Shown: positions 26,129 to 35,242 of the stretch, in pieces
Layout: each line of letters begins with the position of its first letter
Position numbering within the stretch: position 1 is the first letter of the stretch
The notes under the pieces: generated by a model
What the model was told of the DNA's origin: nothing
Seen by the model: only the letters and a program-made list of their open reading frames with translations
Database searches by the model: none
Translations under genes and position numbers: made by a program
From: a virus
Lineage: Duplodnaviria; Caudoviricetes
IMG/VR virus record: IMGVR_UViG_3300028413_000010
Location: 1 to 41,739 of that record
Strand: one strand, 5' to 3'
Length of the DNA: 41,739 nucleotides

Positions 26129-26686
26129 TTAATAATTTAGTATTTTAAAGCATTTAGCAATTAATTCAGCTTGATATATTGCATCATCAATCGCAACGTG
26201 ATTTTTTCCTTTTCTTTTTACTTCTGGATTACCGGCCAATTCTTTTAATGTTCTTAAATCCTTAAATAAACGATAGTGTATAAATGGTTCTATACCTACA
26301 GCTTTTAAATTATTTTTTAAAACTGGTGGGTCAAAAGATGCGTGAGACCAAAAATTAAATTCGTCATTTCCTACCCATTTCTTAAAGCCCTCTAAAGCGT
26401 GTTTTAAACTGCATTTAATAGAGTATTCGCCAAAAACTTTTTCTATAGCTTCACTATCTTGTTTTAACCACCAACTAATTGTACTATAATCTGGAGTTAA
26501 ATTATAGTTATCTAAATCTTCAATAATTATTGTTCTTGAAAAAATAGAGGTTATGTTTCCATTATTTTCAAATTTACAAGCACCTATTTGTACTATTGGC
26601 GCGTTGTGAGTATTTCCTAATGTTTCTAAATCAAATGATATATTCATATTCTCTTTGTGGTTAGGATTATTCTTTTTCCATCTCAT
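26129..26686 (-). CDS. 3'-5' exonuclease (DEDDh, Rv2179c-like)
   Basis: FDLETLG, IVQIGA, FDPPVL, DLRTL, HVAIDDAIYQA. Start may be 26647. Confidence 0.85.
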   Translation of the reverse strand: MRWKKNNPNHKENMNISFDLETLGNTHNAPIVQIGACKFENNGNITSIFSRTIIIEDLDNYNLTPDYSTISWWLKQDSEAIEKVFGEYSIKCSLKHALEGFKKWVGNDEFNFWSHASFDPPVLKNNLKAVGIEPFIHYRLFKDLRTLKELAGNPEVKRKGKNHVAIDDAIYQAELIAKCFKILNY

Positions 26687-26704
26687 TTTTAATTCTCCTT
26701 TGGT

Positions 26705-27130
26705 TCATTGGCCTTTTTGCCATTTTTTCGCCTTAAAAATTTTGTGTCCATCGCTATATTTTATAATACTTGTTTCTATGATTTCCACTTTTCTTTTGGT
26801 AGCCTCGGCCAGTTTCTCAAATTTAAATTCAGTAGTAATTACAATTACCTTTGGAGAAATGATGGCGGTAGGCACTATCATCGGTTTTTCAATAATTAAA
26901 CTTCCATAACATTTATCTATGACCATTTCAACATGGTTGTCCAAAACATCATCTATAATTATGAGGTCCGTATCCGTTTTAACCTCTAAAAAAAACCAAG
27001 GATATTCAATCCTCTTTGCCCCTGTTCCTAAAATAAAGACAGGTTTTTTAAACGCCAAGGCTATATTTTTGGATAAAAAGGACTTACCAGAAGCCCTTTT
27101 TCCCGTTATTACCGTTATTTTGTTGTTCAT
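26705..27130 (-). CDS. Small stand-alone P-loop NTPase (SF3/AAA-like)
   Basis: Walker A GKRASGKS, Walker B LIIIDD, IVITT. Confidence 0.7.
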   Translation of the reverse strand: MNNKITVITGKRASGKSFLSKNIALAFKKPVFILGTGAKRIEYPWFFLEVKTDTDLIIIDDVLDNHVEMVIDKCYGSLIIEKPMIVPTAIISPKVIVITTEFKFEKLAEATKRKVEIIETSIIKYSDGHKIFKAKKWQKGQ

Positions 27131-27147
27131 ATTTTCTTATCTTAAAA

Positions 27148-27741
27148 TCAATCCAAATCGGTTGTTTCGCTTTCCGGGTCCTGCACGCTGTCCCTTCTCA
27201 GGTTCATATACCGGTAAAAACGCTCCATGAACAATTTAAGGGCCGTATGCGGCGTGTAGTACTTTATCTTCCTAAGTTCGTCCGGTGCGTTCTTGTAGAA
27301 GCGCATATACCCCAAATGCTGCGCATTAGTGTCATAAGGTTTGATCCTGGACATATAATCCGCAGCGTTCAAAAAATACTTGGTATAAATCAATTGCTGC
27401 AGCTGGTCTTCCAACTGCTGGTAGACTGGCAAATACATCTTTAAAGGTTTTACCATATTTCCAATATACGCCTCGCTGGCAGCGTGCAGAAGTGCCGCCA
27501 TTAACAAATGGGGGTCTTTAATCCCATCCTCCTCCATAAGGTCGCACATCATAAGGCAATGCTCCGCAATGCTAAAAAAATGGGGCGTTTGACCGCTAAA
27601 AAGACTATTATAGGCAAGACCCCTGCCAATATCCCTAATATCTATATGCTTGGCATCTGGCAGGCATAGGTTCAACTCCTTGCCGCTGTAGGTGTTAATA
27701 ATAATCTCGGCCGCATTTGTCGTTTCTAATGTAATTTGCAT
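27148..27741 (-). CDS. HD-domain 5'-deoxynucleotidase-like protein with degenerate active site
   Basis: IDIRDI..GLA...F.GQT..FFSIAEH...ALLHAASEAYIGN: HA in place of HD. Confidence 0.75.
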   Translation of the reverse strand: MQITLETTNAAEIIINTYSGKELNLCLPDAKHIDIRDIGRGLAYNSLFSGQTPHFFSIAEHCLMMCDLMEEDGIKDPHLLMAALLHAASEAYIGNMVKPLKMYLPVYQQLEDQLQQLIYTKYFLNAADYMSRIKPYDTNAQHLGYMRFYKNAPDELRKIKYYTPHTALKLFMERFYRYMNLRRDSVQDPESETTDLD

Positions 27742-27760
27742 AATGTTGCATTTTTTTGGT

Positions 27761-27937
27761 TTAGATACTTTTTAAATATTTCTTCTCTATAAAGTCCAAT
27801 GCCTGCCGCCAAAACAGGCTATTGGGTTTGTGCTCGTGCGCCCGTTTTACCATCTTGTAGAAGATATCAGGGTGCTTGGTGTGTGCCATTTCGTTTTTTA
27901 ACGGGCTGCCATCAAAAGGGCTTTCCTTTATTTTCAT
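27761..27937 (-). CDS. 58-aa hypothetical protein
   Basis: Manual translation MKIKESPFDGSPLK...ALDFIEKKYLKSI. ATGA overlap with the upstream gene. Confidence 0.6.
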   Translation of the reverse strand: MKIKESPFDGSPLKNEMAHTKHPDIFYKMVKRAHEHKPNSLFWRQALDFIEKKYLKSI

Positions 27938-28269
27938 TCCAGCTCCAGTTCTATTTCGCTAAAGTCTATGCCATGGACGCTTAGCAAGGTAATACCGTAG
28001 GTTCCGTCCATCTCAGGAAAACCTTCTGCTTCCTCAAAATCACCTAGTACGCCTCTTAAATTGTGATTGTTTTTAGTAGCAAAGCTAATTGCAGTCCTTG
28101 CGTATAAGCGGGCCAGCTCGTCATGTATGGGCAGGTCTTCGTCCCAGTCCCAATTAAAGAACTCTAACAGCTGCTTGCAATCTTCACTGTTTATTTTCTC
28201 CGTGTCTATAGCGATTTCCGCAGAAGCTTCGTGCCAATTGTAGTTGTACTTGTAGGTTTTAATGCTCAT
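27934..28269 (-). CDS. Acidic hypothetical protein (DUF2528-like)
   Basis: EGFPEMDGTYGITLLSV motif. Confidence 0.6.
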   Translation of the reverse strand: MSIKTYKYNYNWHEASAEIAIDTEKINSEDCKQLLEFFNWDWDEDLPIHDELARLYARTAISFATKNNHNLRGVLGDFEEAEGFPEMDGTYGITLLSVHGIDFSEIELELE

Positions 28270-28270
28270 T

Positions 28271-28393
28271 TTATTTGTTTTTATAGATTGATTTTAAAAT
28301 ATTTCCAATAATCATTAATATGATGTACACACATAGTGCAAGCCACAATGCTCCGTAACTCTGCTCTTCAAGATTTTCAAAAAACTCTTTCAT
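28271..28393 (-). CDS. 40-aa single-TM protein
   Basis: Manual translation MKEFFENLEEQSYGALWLALCVYIILMIIGNILKSIYKNK. TAATG coupling. Confidence 0.55.
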   Translation of the reverse strand: MKEFFENLEEQSYGALWLALCVYIILMIIGNILKSIYKNK

Positions 28394-28923
28394 TACGTAT
28401 ACTTTAAATGTGTCCAATGAATTATTTTGCCAGTGAAGTTTTCGTTAAACCACTGAAAGAATGCCTTAACGCTTGGGAAACCATCGTTACGCGCCAAGAT
28501 TTCAATTTCAGCACTTTCCTGTATAACTCCGTCTATAATCACCCAAGGCATGCGCCATGACTCCCCACTGTGAATAATTTTTATTTCCTGAATGCTTCTC
28601 ACCCTTAGCATCGGGGCAAATTTGAACATATCGGCTTGGCGCACATTCTTATAAAAATGTATTTTTTTGCCAACAGCCCAACGCATGTTGCTGTCCCGCC
28701 TAATGGTATGCACCTTTGGTACCGTCATTGCATCATCATTAACAGGACTTAGTACACCAAGTCTTTCCAAGGAGTCCAAACAATAGGATCTGTATTTTTT
28801 AAGGTATTCCTCCTCTTCCATAGCAGGAATAAGGCCTGTCCATATTTTCTCTTCAAAATAAGTAGCTGTGCCAGACAGCGTACCCATTTCTTTACCCCAA
28901 AATGTTTTAAAGGCTAGTATCAT
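28393..28923 (-). CDS. ASCH-superfamily-like protein
   Basis: KVHTIRR...RWAVG and LARNDGF...FF motifs. Confidence 0.65.
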   Translation of the reverse strand: MILAFKTFWGKEMGTLSGTATYFEEKIWTGLIPAMEEEEYLKKYRSYCLDSLERLGVLSPVNDDAMTVPKVHTIRRDSNMRWAVGKKIHFYKNVRQADMFKFAPMLRVRSIQEIKIIHSGESWRMPWVIIDGVIQESAEIEILARNDGFPSVKAFFQWFNENFTGKIIHWTHLKYT

Positions 28924-29273
28924 AGTTTTGTAATTTTATATACATCTACCTCGGATAATTTAAAAGCCTTGGCTTTAGGCTTGTAGGTGTATCTGGTTTG
29001 GCAGATACCACAATGCAGATCTTTTATTTCCTCATCTATTATTGGGTCTTCACCGTACCAGGTTATTTTAGATTCTGCATTTAAAGAGCGGCCGCACTTA
29101 AAGAAATCCATATCCACTTCAATCCTTACGGTGATAAGGGCTTGCCCTAAAGCAACCCCGAATTTCTGAGCTCTCTCCAAGTTTTTGTTCCGCTGCAGAA
29201 CCACATCCCTATGGCGCGGTATGCTTAAATCTATTGGCTCGCCGTCTACGAGCTGAAAAGGTGTTCTATACAT
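28920..29273 (-). CDS. Hypothetical protein, possible Zn-binding
   Basis: 117 aa with KCG...CGIC. Confidence 0.65.
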   Translation of the reverse strand: MYRTPFQLVDGEPIDLSIPRHRDVVLQRNKNLERAQKFGVALGQALITVRIEVDMDFFKCGRSLNAESKITWYGEDPIIDEEIKDLHCGICQTRYTYKPKAKAFKLSEVDVYKITKL

Positions 29274-29293
29274 AATTTAATTTTAGATGTTAC

Positions 29294-29485
29294 TTATTTA
29301 GGTACGGCGTAGCCGCAGTGTTTTCTTTTACCGTCAAATACCTGATACGGGTAACTCCTTGTTTGGTTTGCATATTTTTCGGCATCCATAAGGTTTTGAA
29401 AAAAGATAGTAGCTCCGCTTTCCAATCTTTTATCTATTGCAATACGGCAGCCCGTATAATATTCGTTAATGCTCTTTTTGGCCAT
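29294..29485 (-). CDS. 63-aa hypothetical protein
   Basis: Operonic ORF ending GYAVPK. Confidence 0.7.
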   Translation of the reverse strand: MAKKSINEYYTGCRIAIDKRLESGATIFFQNLMDAEKYANQTRSYPYQVFDGKRKHCGYAVPK

Positions 29486-29633
29486 AGGGCTTTATGTTTG
29501 CGGATTTTTCATCCAGTTCATATCCGTTTTTGCGTGCCACTTCTTGCACATCGCACCACATTTTATAATAGAACTCCAATTTTCCATGAATTTCCTTTGC
29601 GGTATTTTCCAGTGATTCCGGTGTTACTATCAT
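29466..29633 (-). CDS. 55-aa hypothetical protein
   Basis: Manual translation MIVTPESLENTAKEIHGKLEFYYKMW... TAATG coupling. Confidence 0.55.
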   Translation of the reverse strand: MIVTPESLENTAKEIHGKLEFYYKMWCDVQEVARKNGYELDEKSANIKPYGQKEH

Positions 29634-30469
29634 TATGCGATTGGTCTGTATTGCTGTTTTACCTGTTGTATATTTGTGCCCAGTGGCACGTAAACAACAG
29701 TTCTGTAATCTATACGTACAGGTATTTTCTTTACTATAGGAGCCACGTTTACGGGTTTAGCTACTTCTACATCTGTAGAATTCCAGAACTCTTTTAAAGC
29801 CTTTCTGCAGTTGCTGTCGTATAGCTTTTTTTCTTCTGAACTAAGTCCCCTTCCATGGATGGCCACAAGGTTTTCGTCCGCCACGTTCATAGGGTCCATA
29901 TCCCTGTGGTACACCTTTGTATTGGTAGCGAGCTGCCCATGTAGCTCTTCATAGCGGTGACGCGCATAGCGCACCAATAAACCGTTTACCTTAATGGCAA
30001 CATACGGGTTGCCATTGGCTCTAAATTGAACTTTACGGCCGCCTTCGGGTACCCGCTTGCCGTCCCATCTTTTTAGGTTGGCCCTGTGGTAGGTGCCGCA
30101 AAGCTTGTGACCCTCAACAATAAGCCGAAGCTCTTCCTGTGTCCTTGAAATACCCATCAATATCATTTTCTTATCAATGTTCTTTTTTGTAAAAACACGG
30201 GCTTTTTTGCTCAATGCCTTGGCTATGGCAATATTGCCCACGGTCCTATACTTCTCCAACAGGTAGGAGGTTTCGGCAGCCGTCCAACGCAGCACCTTGC
30301 ATCGTTTTATATTCGCCTTGTAAAGCAGCGTCCTAAAGGTTGTTATCTTAAGAACATCTACCTGTTTTCTTTGGGTATTTATATGCAATAAAAGTTCTGC
30401 AGTCGTAAACTTGTGCCTATTGTTCTGTAAGAACTCCTTTTCATTTTTTGTTAATCTTGCTTTTTTCAT
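29633..30469 (-). CDS. HNH endonuclease-like protein with N-terminal helical repeats
   Basis: YEELHG...VYHRDMDPMNVADENL (HNH-like) and WTAAE..YL repeats. Confidence 0.7.
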   Translation of the reverse strand: MKKARLTKNEKEFLQNNRHKFTTAELLLHINTQRKQVDVLKITTFRTLLYKANIKRCKVLRWTAAETSYLLEKYRTVGNIAIAKALSKKARVFTKKNIDKKMILMGISRTQEELRLIVEGHKLCGTYHRANLKRWDGKRVPEGGRKVQFRANGNPYVAIKVNGLLVRYARHRYEELHGQLATNTKVYHRDMDPMNVADENLVAIHGRGLSSEEKKLYDSNCRKALKEFWNSTDVEVAKPVNVAPIVKKIPVRIDYRTVVYVPLGTNIQQVKQQYRPIA

Positions 30470-30729
30470 GATGCGTTCATTTTTGGCATTACCTTGGTGT
30501 TGTATAGATATTCATAGAGTTCTAAAGCCTTATCGCTCCATGCAGTTGTATTGGTTCGGTATCGTTGGTCCCCTAGCTTTTTTCTGATTACCTCGCGGGG
30601 CAGAAATTCGGAAGACTTGTTAAACTCTATTTCTAGATAATAGCTGCCATATTTAAGCACTGGGTAAATTCTTATACCAGCTTTTAAACATTTAGACATG
30701 TATTTTAGTCCGCGTAAATTCATAATCAC
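30466..30729 (-). CDS. Hypothetical protein
   Basis: 87-aa coupled ORF. Confidence 0.7.
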   Translation of the reverse strand: MIMNLRGLKYMSKCLKAGIRIYPVLKYGSYYLEIEFNKSSEFLPREVIRKKLGDQRYRTNTTAWSDKALELYEYLYNTKVMPKMNAS

Positions 30730-30917
30730 TTACTATTGAATGTTTTCTCCCGTGCCCTGCTCAGCTCTAGTATGATGCCCCAATACGGGTGCCTCCAATT
30801 ATTAAAGAGATAATAAAAAATCCTGCAGACGTACATAAGCTCCCTTGTGTTCTCACAGCGCCTAAGAATAGCGGCTATCTCTAATTTGGTATAATTTCTC
30901 ATATTAATAGGGTACAT
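30726..30917 (-). CDS. Hypothetical protein
   Basis: 63-aa coupled ORF. Confidence 0.55.
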   Translation of the reverse strand: MYPINMRNYTKLEIAAILRRCENTRELMYVCRIFYYLFNNWRHPYWGIILELSRAREKTFNSK

Positions 30918-30936
30918 CTACGTTAAGGTCATCATC

Positions 30937-33756
30937 TTAAAATCCTAGAAAATCCTCATTTTTTTCCGCTGCATCTGCAGGGGCATCGGCAGCCGTCCTT
31001 GGCTTGGTACGCACATAAAAATGTTCCTGTGTTTCGCCGCCCACCTTCTTCATAATACGACCGTCCGGGGCAAGGTCTTTAGGGTTAAAAATCCAATCGT
31101 TATATTGCGCATAGGCTTTTAGGGATTTTTTAAAACGATTGCTCGTCATCTTCTTCATGTTGGTCTGCTTCATAAATTCCTCAAAGGCCTCGCTCTTAGG
31201 CACATCCGCATCCAAATTTTTAGACACTCCGTTTTCCCTGGTAATGGTAAAGAAAGTATCTGCCCAAGAATGGAACTGGTCGCCCATTTCCTTTAGAAGA
31301 TTTCTCTTGGTAACGTTCTCCATAGGAGGGTCTATCTTCTGCGCCTGTCCTAAATAAAACTGGAGGCATTGTGCCAGGAAATTAAAACAGTCGTTCCACT
31401 GGGCATCCGTAAAGTCCAAGAAGAGAGATTTACCGCCAAAATCATCAGAGACTATCCTGTTCTGGTTGTATTCCCCGTCCTTGTTGTAGTGATAATAATC
31501 ACTAAATACCGTAAAAAGCAAACGCCTCTCTAAAGATGGGTCCAGGGCATTGGGGGAAAAGTTACTGGCAAAGGCAATTTTTGGACTGTGGCTAAAGGGT
31601 ATAATGTAACGTAGCCCGTTCTTGTTGTTCACGTCCAAATCTCCCGTAATTGCATTGTAAAAGAAACCATAGTCCGTATAGGCATGGCAATCGTCTACCA
31701 AAATATAATCCGTATCCTCACTTATGCCGTGGTAGATAAAATCGTCCGTAGTTTTCTTTTTATCCCTACCATTAATGTAATGGTTGTTCTTAAGGATGTA
31801 CTGTATGCTTTTAAGGAATATACTTTTACCACTGCCCCCGTGGCTCTCGCTAATGTCCGCTATTTTGTGGTCCATAGCATAAGGAGCCCAAGGCCGCGCA
31901 GGGTTCTTGTATTTATGTAGCATATAACCAAGGGTAAAAACCTTGTTTATAAGGTGCATCTTCTGCTCCAGAATCTCGTGCGCATCCAGATTTGGAGCGG
32001 CTATATTAAATTGATGCTCCAAAAAGTAATCCTCACGCTTTTTAACCTCGTTCTTTTCAAAGCCCTCTTCCAAGTCCTTTCTCCAATGTACACGACTGGT
32101 GTTGATCAGATAATTTAAGAACTGATTGTCTTTCTTAATAATATCAATATCCCAATCTCCATGGGCATCTTTACTTATCGCAAATTGCTGCTCCTGTATG
32201 CGTACTTTTTTGTCTACTATCTTATCCTCCCAGGTAACACGGTCTACCGCTTCGTATTTAATGCGTTCTATACCATGGGCGGTAACCTTCCACACTTCAT
32301 TCTTAAAAAACAAATGCTGGCTTTCTTTATCGGCATCTGTAAAATCTATCTCTACATAGGGCAAGTTGGTGAGCGAAGTTTCGTTAAGGCGCGGGGTATT
32401 GTAGACCATATCGCGCAGCTCCTCGTTCATTTGGCGTTCTACCAAAAACTGATTCACAAAACCTTTTACGTCCGAACCCCTTACAATCTTTACCACACCG
32501 TTACTCTTCCATACCCATACAAAGCCGTCCTTACTATTTTGAAGCTCGTACCTACCAAAACCCTGGTGCTGTAAAAAATGATATGCACGGCTGTTCTTAA
32601 AGCTGTATTTTATGCCCTTGTCCGTTCTATACTCGTTCCAAAACTTCATAGGCAGGGCATTGTCTATAAGTTTGTTCAGCTGATTTTTAAATTTTATCTC
32701 ATTACCTGGCTTGTAGAATACTTCCACATAATCTTTAAAATCCTTCCTTGGATTGCCACGTTTATCACGCCATTTGGATAAACCCTTTGGAAGCCATAAC
32801 AAACGAATATCCAAATACTTTAATCCCAACTTAACCGCTTGGTTAATTCCTGTATTATCCAAGTCGGCAACATAATACAGCTCCTTTACCATTACCATAA
32901 TGTCCTTATATTCCGCATACTCCATCTGTTCGCTTTCGCTATTGAACCATAACGGAAAATGGCCAAAACTCCTTAGGTTGATACCATCGCTGCCACCGCT
33001 CACAATAAATGCGGCATCCAAACGTGGGTCTGGTTCCTTGCCGCCTTCTTGGTACTCTTCCTCTGCCCGGGCCTTGTTTTTCTTAAATTCCGCACGTAAT
33101 AAATCAAGGCCATGGATGTATTTTTTTGGCTTGTTGCCGGCATACCTGAACCTATACCCTTTGTCCAGGCTATTGGGCTGGTATATTTTTTGCCAATCCT
33201 TATGATGAAAACTGTAGATGTGGTAATCATCTGTAGCCTCGGAGGTAACCACCTCGTTTTCCTTGCGATAAGCAAAGCTCTTAAGCACCTGCAGGTTAAA
33301 ATCCAAACAGTCGCGCTCCTTAACGTTAGGACCAATGACGGCCAAATCTTCCTTGGTGAAATCCTTGAACTCAAACTCATACGTACCAGGCTCTTCATCT
33401 TTTTCCAAAGGTCTTTTGGTAATGACAGGCATACTCAATTTGGTATCCAATTTTGCGCCCTTTATACTAAAGCGTGCGCCCATTTCGCTGCAGGCCTCGG
33501 CAAACGTAAGCGTATCCTCGAACATACACACCTCTATGGCGTTACGCTCTTTTTGGTCGCCCCCAAAATCCGTCACATAGTACCAACCGTTCTCTTTTTG
33601 GCGAATAGAGGCAGAGGCGGTCTTTTCATCCCCGCGCATCTTAAACTTCTTACTCGCCGTTTGCAACGCATGAGTAGCCCCGGGATAATAACTTTCTATT
33701 ATTACCAGGCCACCCTCGGTGGCGTTCATTATATCGTCCTTGTCTATGTAGCTCAT
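30937..33756 (-). CDS. Primase-helicase (TOPRIM primase + SF3-type helicase)
   Basis: R.DEKTASA...DFG N-domain, TOPRIM-like SGGSD and DLDNTG, Walker A GGSGKS, Walker B ILVDD, sensor FASN. Confidence 0.88.
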   Translation of the reverse strand: MSYIDKDDIMNATEGGLVIIESYYPGATHALQTASKKFKMRGDEKTASASIRQKENGWYYVTDFGGDQKERNAIEVCMFEDTLTFAEACSEMGARFSIKGAKLDTKLSMPVITKRPLEKDEEPGTYEFEFKDFTKEDLAVIGPNVKERDCLDFNLQVLKSFAYRKENEVVTSEATDDYHIYSFHHKDWQKIYQPNSLDKGYRFRYAGNKPKKYIHGLDLLRAEFKKNKARAEEEYQEGGKEPDPRLDAAFIVSGGSDGINLRSFGHFPLWFNSESEQMEYAEYKDIMVMVKELYYVADLDNTGINQAVKLGLKYLDIRLLWLPKGLSKWRDKRGNPRKDFKDYVEVFYKPGNEIKFKNQLNKLIDNALPMKFWNEYRTDKGIKYSFKNSRAYHFLQHQGFGRYELQNSKDGFVWVWKSNGVVKIVRGSDVKGFVNQFLVERQMNEELRDMVYNTPRLNETSLTNLPYVEIDFTDADKESQHLFFKNEVWKVTAHGIERIKYEAVDRVTWEDKIVDKKVRIQEQQFAISKDAHGDWDIDIIKKDNQFLNYLINTSRVHWRKDLEEGFEKNEVKKREDYFLEHQFNIAAPNLDAHEILEQKMHLINKVFTLGYMLHKYKNPARPWAPYAMDHKIADISESHGGSGKSIFLKSIQYILKNNHYINGRDKKKTTDDFIYHGISEDTDYILVDDCHAYTDYGFFYNAITGDLDVNNKNGLRYIIPFSHSPKIAFASNFSPNALDPSLERRLLFTVFSDYYHYNKDGEYNQNRIVSDDFGGKSLFLDFTDAQWNDCFNFLAQCLQFYLGQAQKIDPPMENVTKRNLLKEMGDQFHSWADTFFTITRENGVSKNLDADVPKSEAFEEFMKQTNMKKMTSNRFKKSLKAYAQYNDWIFNPKDLAPDGRIMKKVGGETQEHFYVRTKPRTAADAPADAAEKNEDFLGF

Positions 33757-33803
33757 TCTATGGTAGGCGTATCGTTCTTATTTTTTGTTGCTTGTAAACC
33801 GAT

Positions 33804-34127
33804 CTAAAAGCCAAGACCGTCCAAATCCTCTTCTGCAGCGGGTTTCATTTCCTTATCTGGCCATATACGCCCATTACCTATAAATACCCGATCTATTTTT
33901 TCACCAGCCTTAATACGCTCCAGCTCTTCGGTGGTACGGGATATGCTCAGGCTAAAATCATTGTCAAACCTATCTGGCTCGTCATAATCATAGGTACCTA
34001 CTGCTAGGTATAGTTTTCCATTCTCATGCTTTAAAATCCTATTCTTAGGTATATCGCTTAGACATATACTCATAGTCCTGTTTCTTCCTTTTTTCATGTT
34101 ATAGTATAAATTGTGGTTCAGATACAT
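33804..34127 (-). CDS. Putative single-stranded DNA-binding protein
   Basis: Small beta-rich protein (NGKLYL, FIGNG) with acidic aromatic tail EEDLDGLGF. Start may be 34097. Confidence 0.6.
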   Translation of the reverse strand: MYLNHNLYYNMKKGRNRTMSICLSDIPKNRILKHENGKLYLAVGTYDYDEPDRFDNDFSLSISRTTEELERIKAGEKIDRVFIGNGRIWPDKEMKPAAEEDLDGLGF

Positions 34128-34296
34128 CTACTTGGGCAATCAATTCCGATTTTCTTCGGTAAAGCCCTTCCAATTTCAATTCGTTATGCCTATAATCAGC
34201 GGGCAGCTCGTAACCTAAACGCTCCCTTATTTTATACTGGCGGTTTCGTGCCTCCAGCGCATTGATTTCACTAATAAGCTGTCTTAATTCTATCAT
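34099..34296 (-). CDS. Small coiled-coil hypothetical protein
   Basis: 65-aa ORF. Confidence 0.65.
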   Translation of the reverse strand: MIELRQLISEINALEARNRQYKIRERLGYELPADYRHNELKLEGLYRRKSELIAQVDVSEPQFIL

Positions 34297-34311
34297 AATT
34301 CATGGGTTTTT

Positions 34312-34342
34312 AAAAAGCCCTGTCACTGAACAAACAGGGCTT
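34312..34342 (-). terminator. Early terminator
   Basis: AAGCCCTGT...ACAGGGCTT stem with a U tract on the minus strand. Confidence 0.65.
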
Positions 34343-34409
34343 ACATCAAAATAAAAAAAACAAATACCAAGTCCGTGGACTATCGTATGAACGTACACCT
34401 AGGAGCTGC

Positions 34410-34970
34410 CTAGATAAGATTATGTCTATGAGACAATGTGGTCACCTCTTGCTTGGTGCGCACACCCAGCCTTTGGTATAATTTTTTTTTGGCCAAATGA
34501 AAGCTACCCAGAGGCAAATTCATTTCACTGGCAATAAGTTCGTTTGTGTGATCGGTGGCCAAGAGCTTGGCCAACTGTATGTCCTGTGCGCTCATAGGAC
34601 TGCCATTTATGGAGACGGCCTTGCACAATACGCCTTCGGAAGCACAATTGCCGTGAAGCGGACAATCCCAATATTCACCATCCTGAATACCTTCATGGGA
34701 AATATCGGCAGTGTAGTCCAAGCCGCCAAAGCGACATTTTACAAACTGCTCCAGACGTTTATATTCGCCCACCGGGTGCATGTCCAATAAGTGCGCACGA
34801 GCACGTTTGTCCTTATTAATCTCATCCTTTAAGATTTGGATGGTTGCAAATGGAAGCTCGGTAAAATCCTTAACGCTGCCCGATGAAAGCACTTTAACCC
34901 TGTCGTTATCCACAAAAAATTCGATTCCGTCATCAAACATTCCGGGTAACATTTTGTTCTTGTTTGTCAT
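34410..34970 (-). CDS. LuxR-type HTH transcriptional regulator with Cys cluster
   Basis: EYWDCPLHGNCASEGVLC, then a C-terminal GerE/LuxR HTH (TNELIASEMNL...KKLYQRLGV). Confidence 0.8.
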   Translation of the reverse strand: MTNKNKMLPGMFDDGIEFFVDNDRVKVLSSGSVKDFTELPFATIQILKDEINKDKRARAHLLDMHPVGEYKRLEQFVKCRFGGLDYTADISHEGIQDGEYWDCPLHGNCASEGVLCKAVSINGSPMSAQDIQLAKLLATDHTNELIASEMNLPLGSFHLAKKKLYQRLGVRTKQEVTTLSHRHNLI

Positions 34971-34981
34971 AATTTAAGATG

Positions 34982-35218
34982 TTACTTGTTACTTATTAAT
35001 TCTCCTATGGCCAATACTGCCTTTTGGTTTTGGTTTGCCATCTCCGTCAAGATTTCTAGCACTTCCCAATTCACCGTATATCCGTTTTTGATCTGTCTTA
35101 TCATAGAACTGCTTACGTCTATTCCCTTTGTTTCTAGCAATCTTTTTTTTGCTTCGGCTACATAGCGCTTAGGCAATCTAGTTTGCAGTAGGTCAATGAC
35201 TTCTTTGTGTATAACCAC
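34982..35218 (-). CDS. Cro-like HTH protein
   Basis: Divergent from the repressor, with VSSSMIRQIKNG helix. Start revised to GTG 35218 because a TATATTTG promoter element lies at 35275-35282. Confidence 0.6.
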   Translation of the reverse strand: MVIHKEVIDLLQTRLPKRYVAEAKKRLLETKGIDVSSSMIRQIKNGYTVNWEVLEILTEMANQNQKAVLAIGELISNK

Positions 35219-35242
35219 AATATCGTCGGCTCTATTTTTGTT

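Noticed and set aside
27148-27741. DatZ-type gene indicating 2-aminoadenine (Z) DNA
   Set aside because: The active site is degenerate and no PurZ, MazZ or DNA polymerase gene is present.
31139-33807. Overlapping ORFs within the primase-helicase
   Set aside because: Antisense or alternate-frame ORFs with no motifs or plausible starts.
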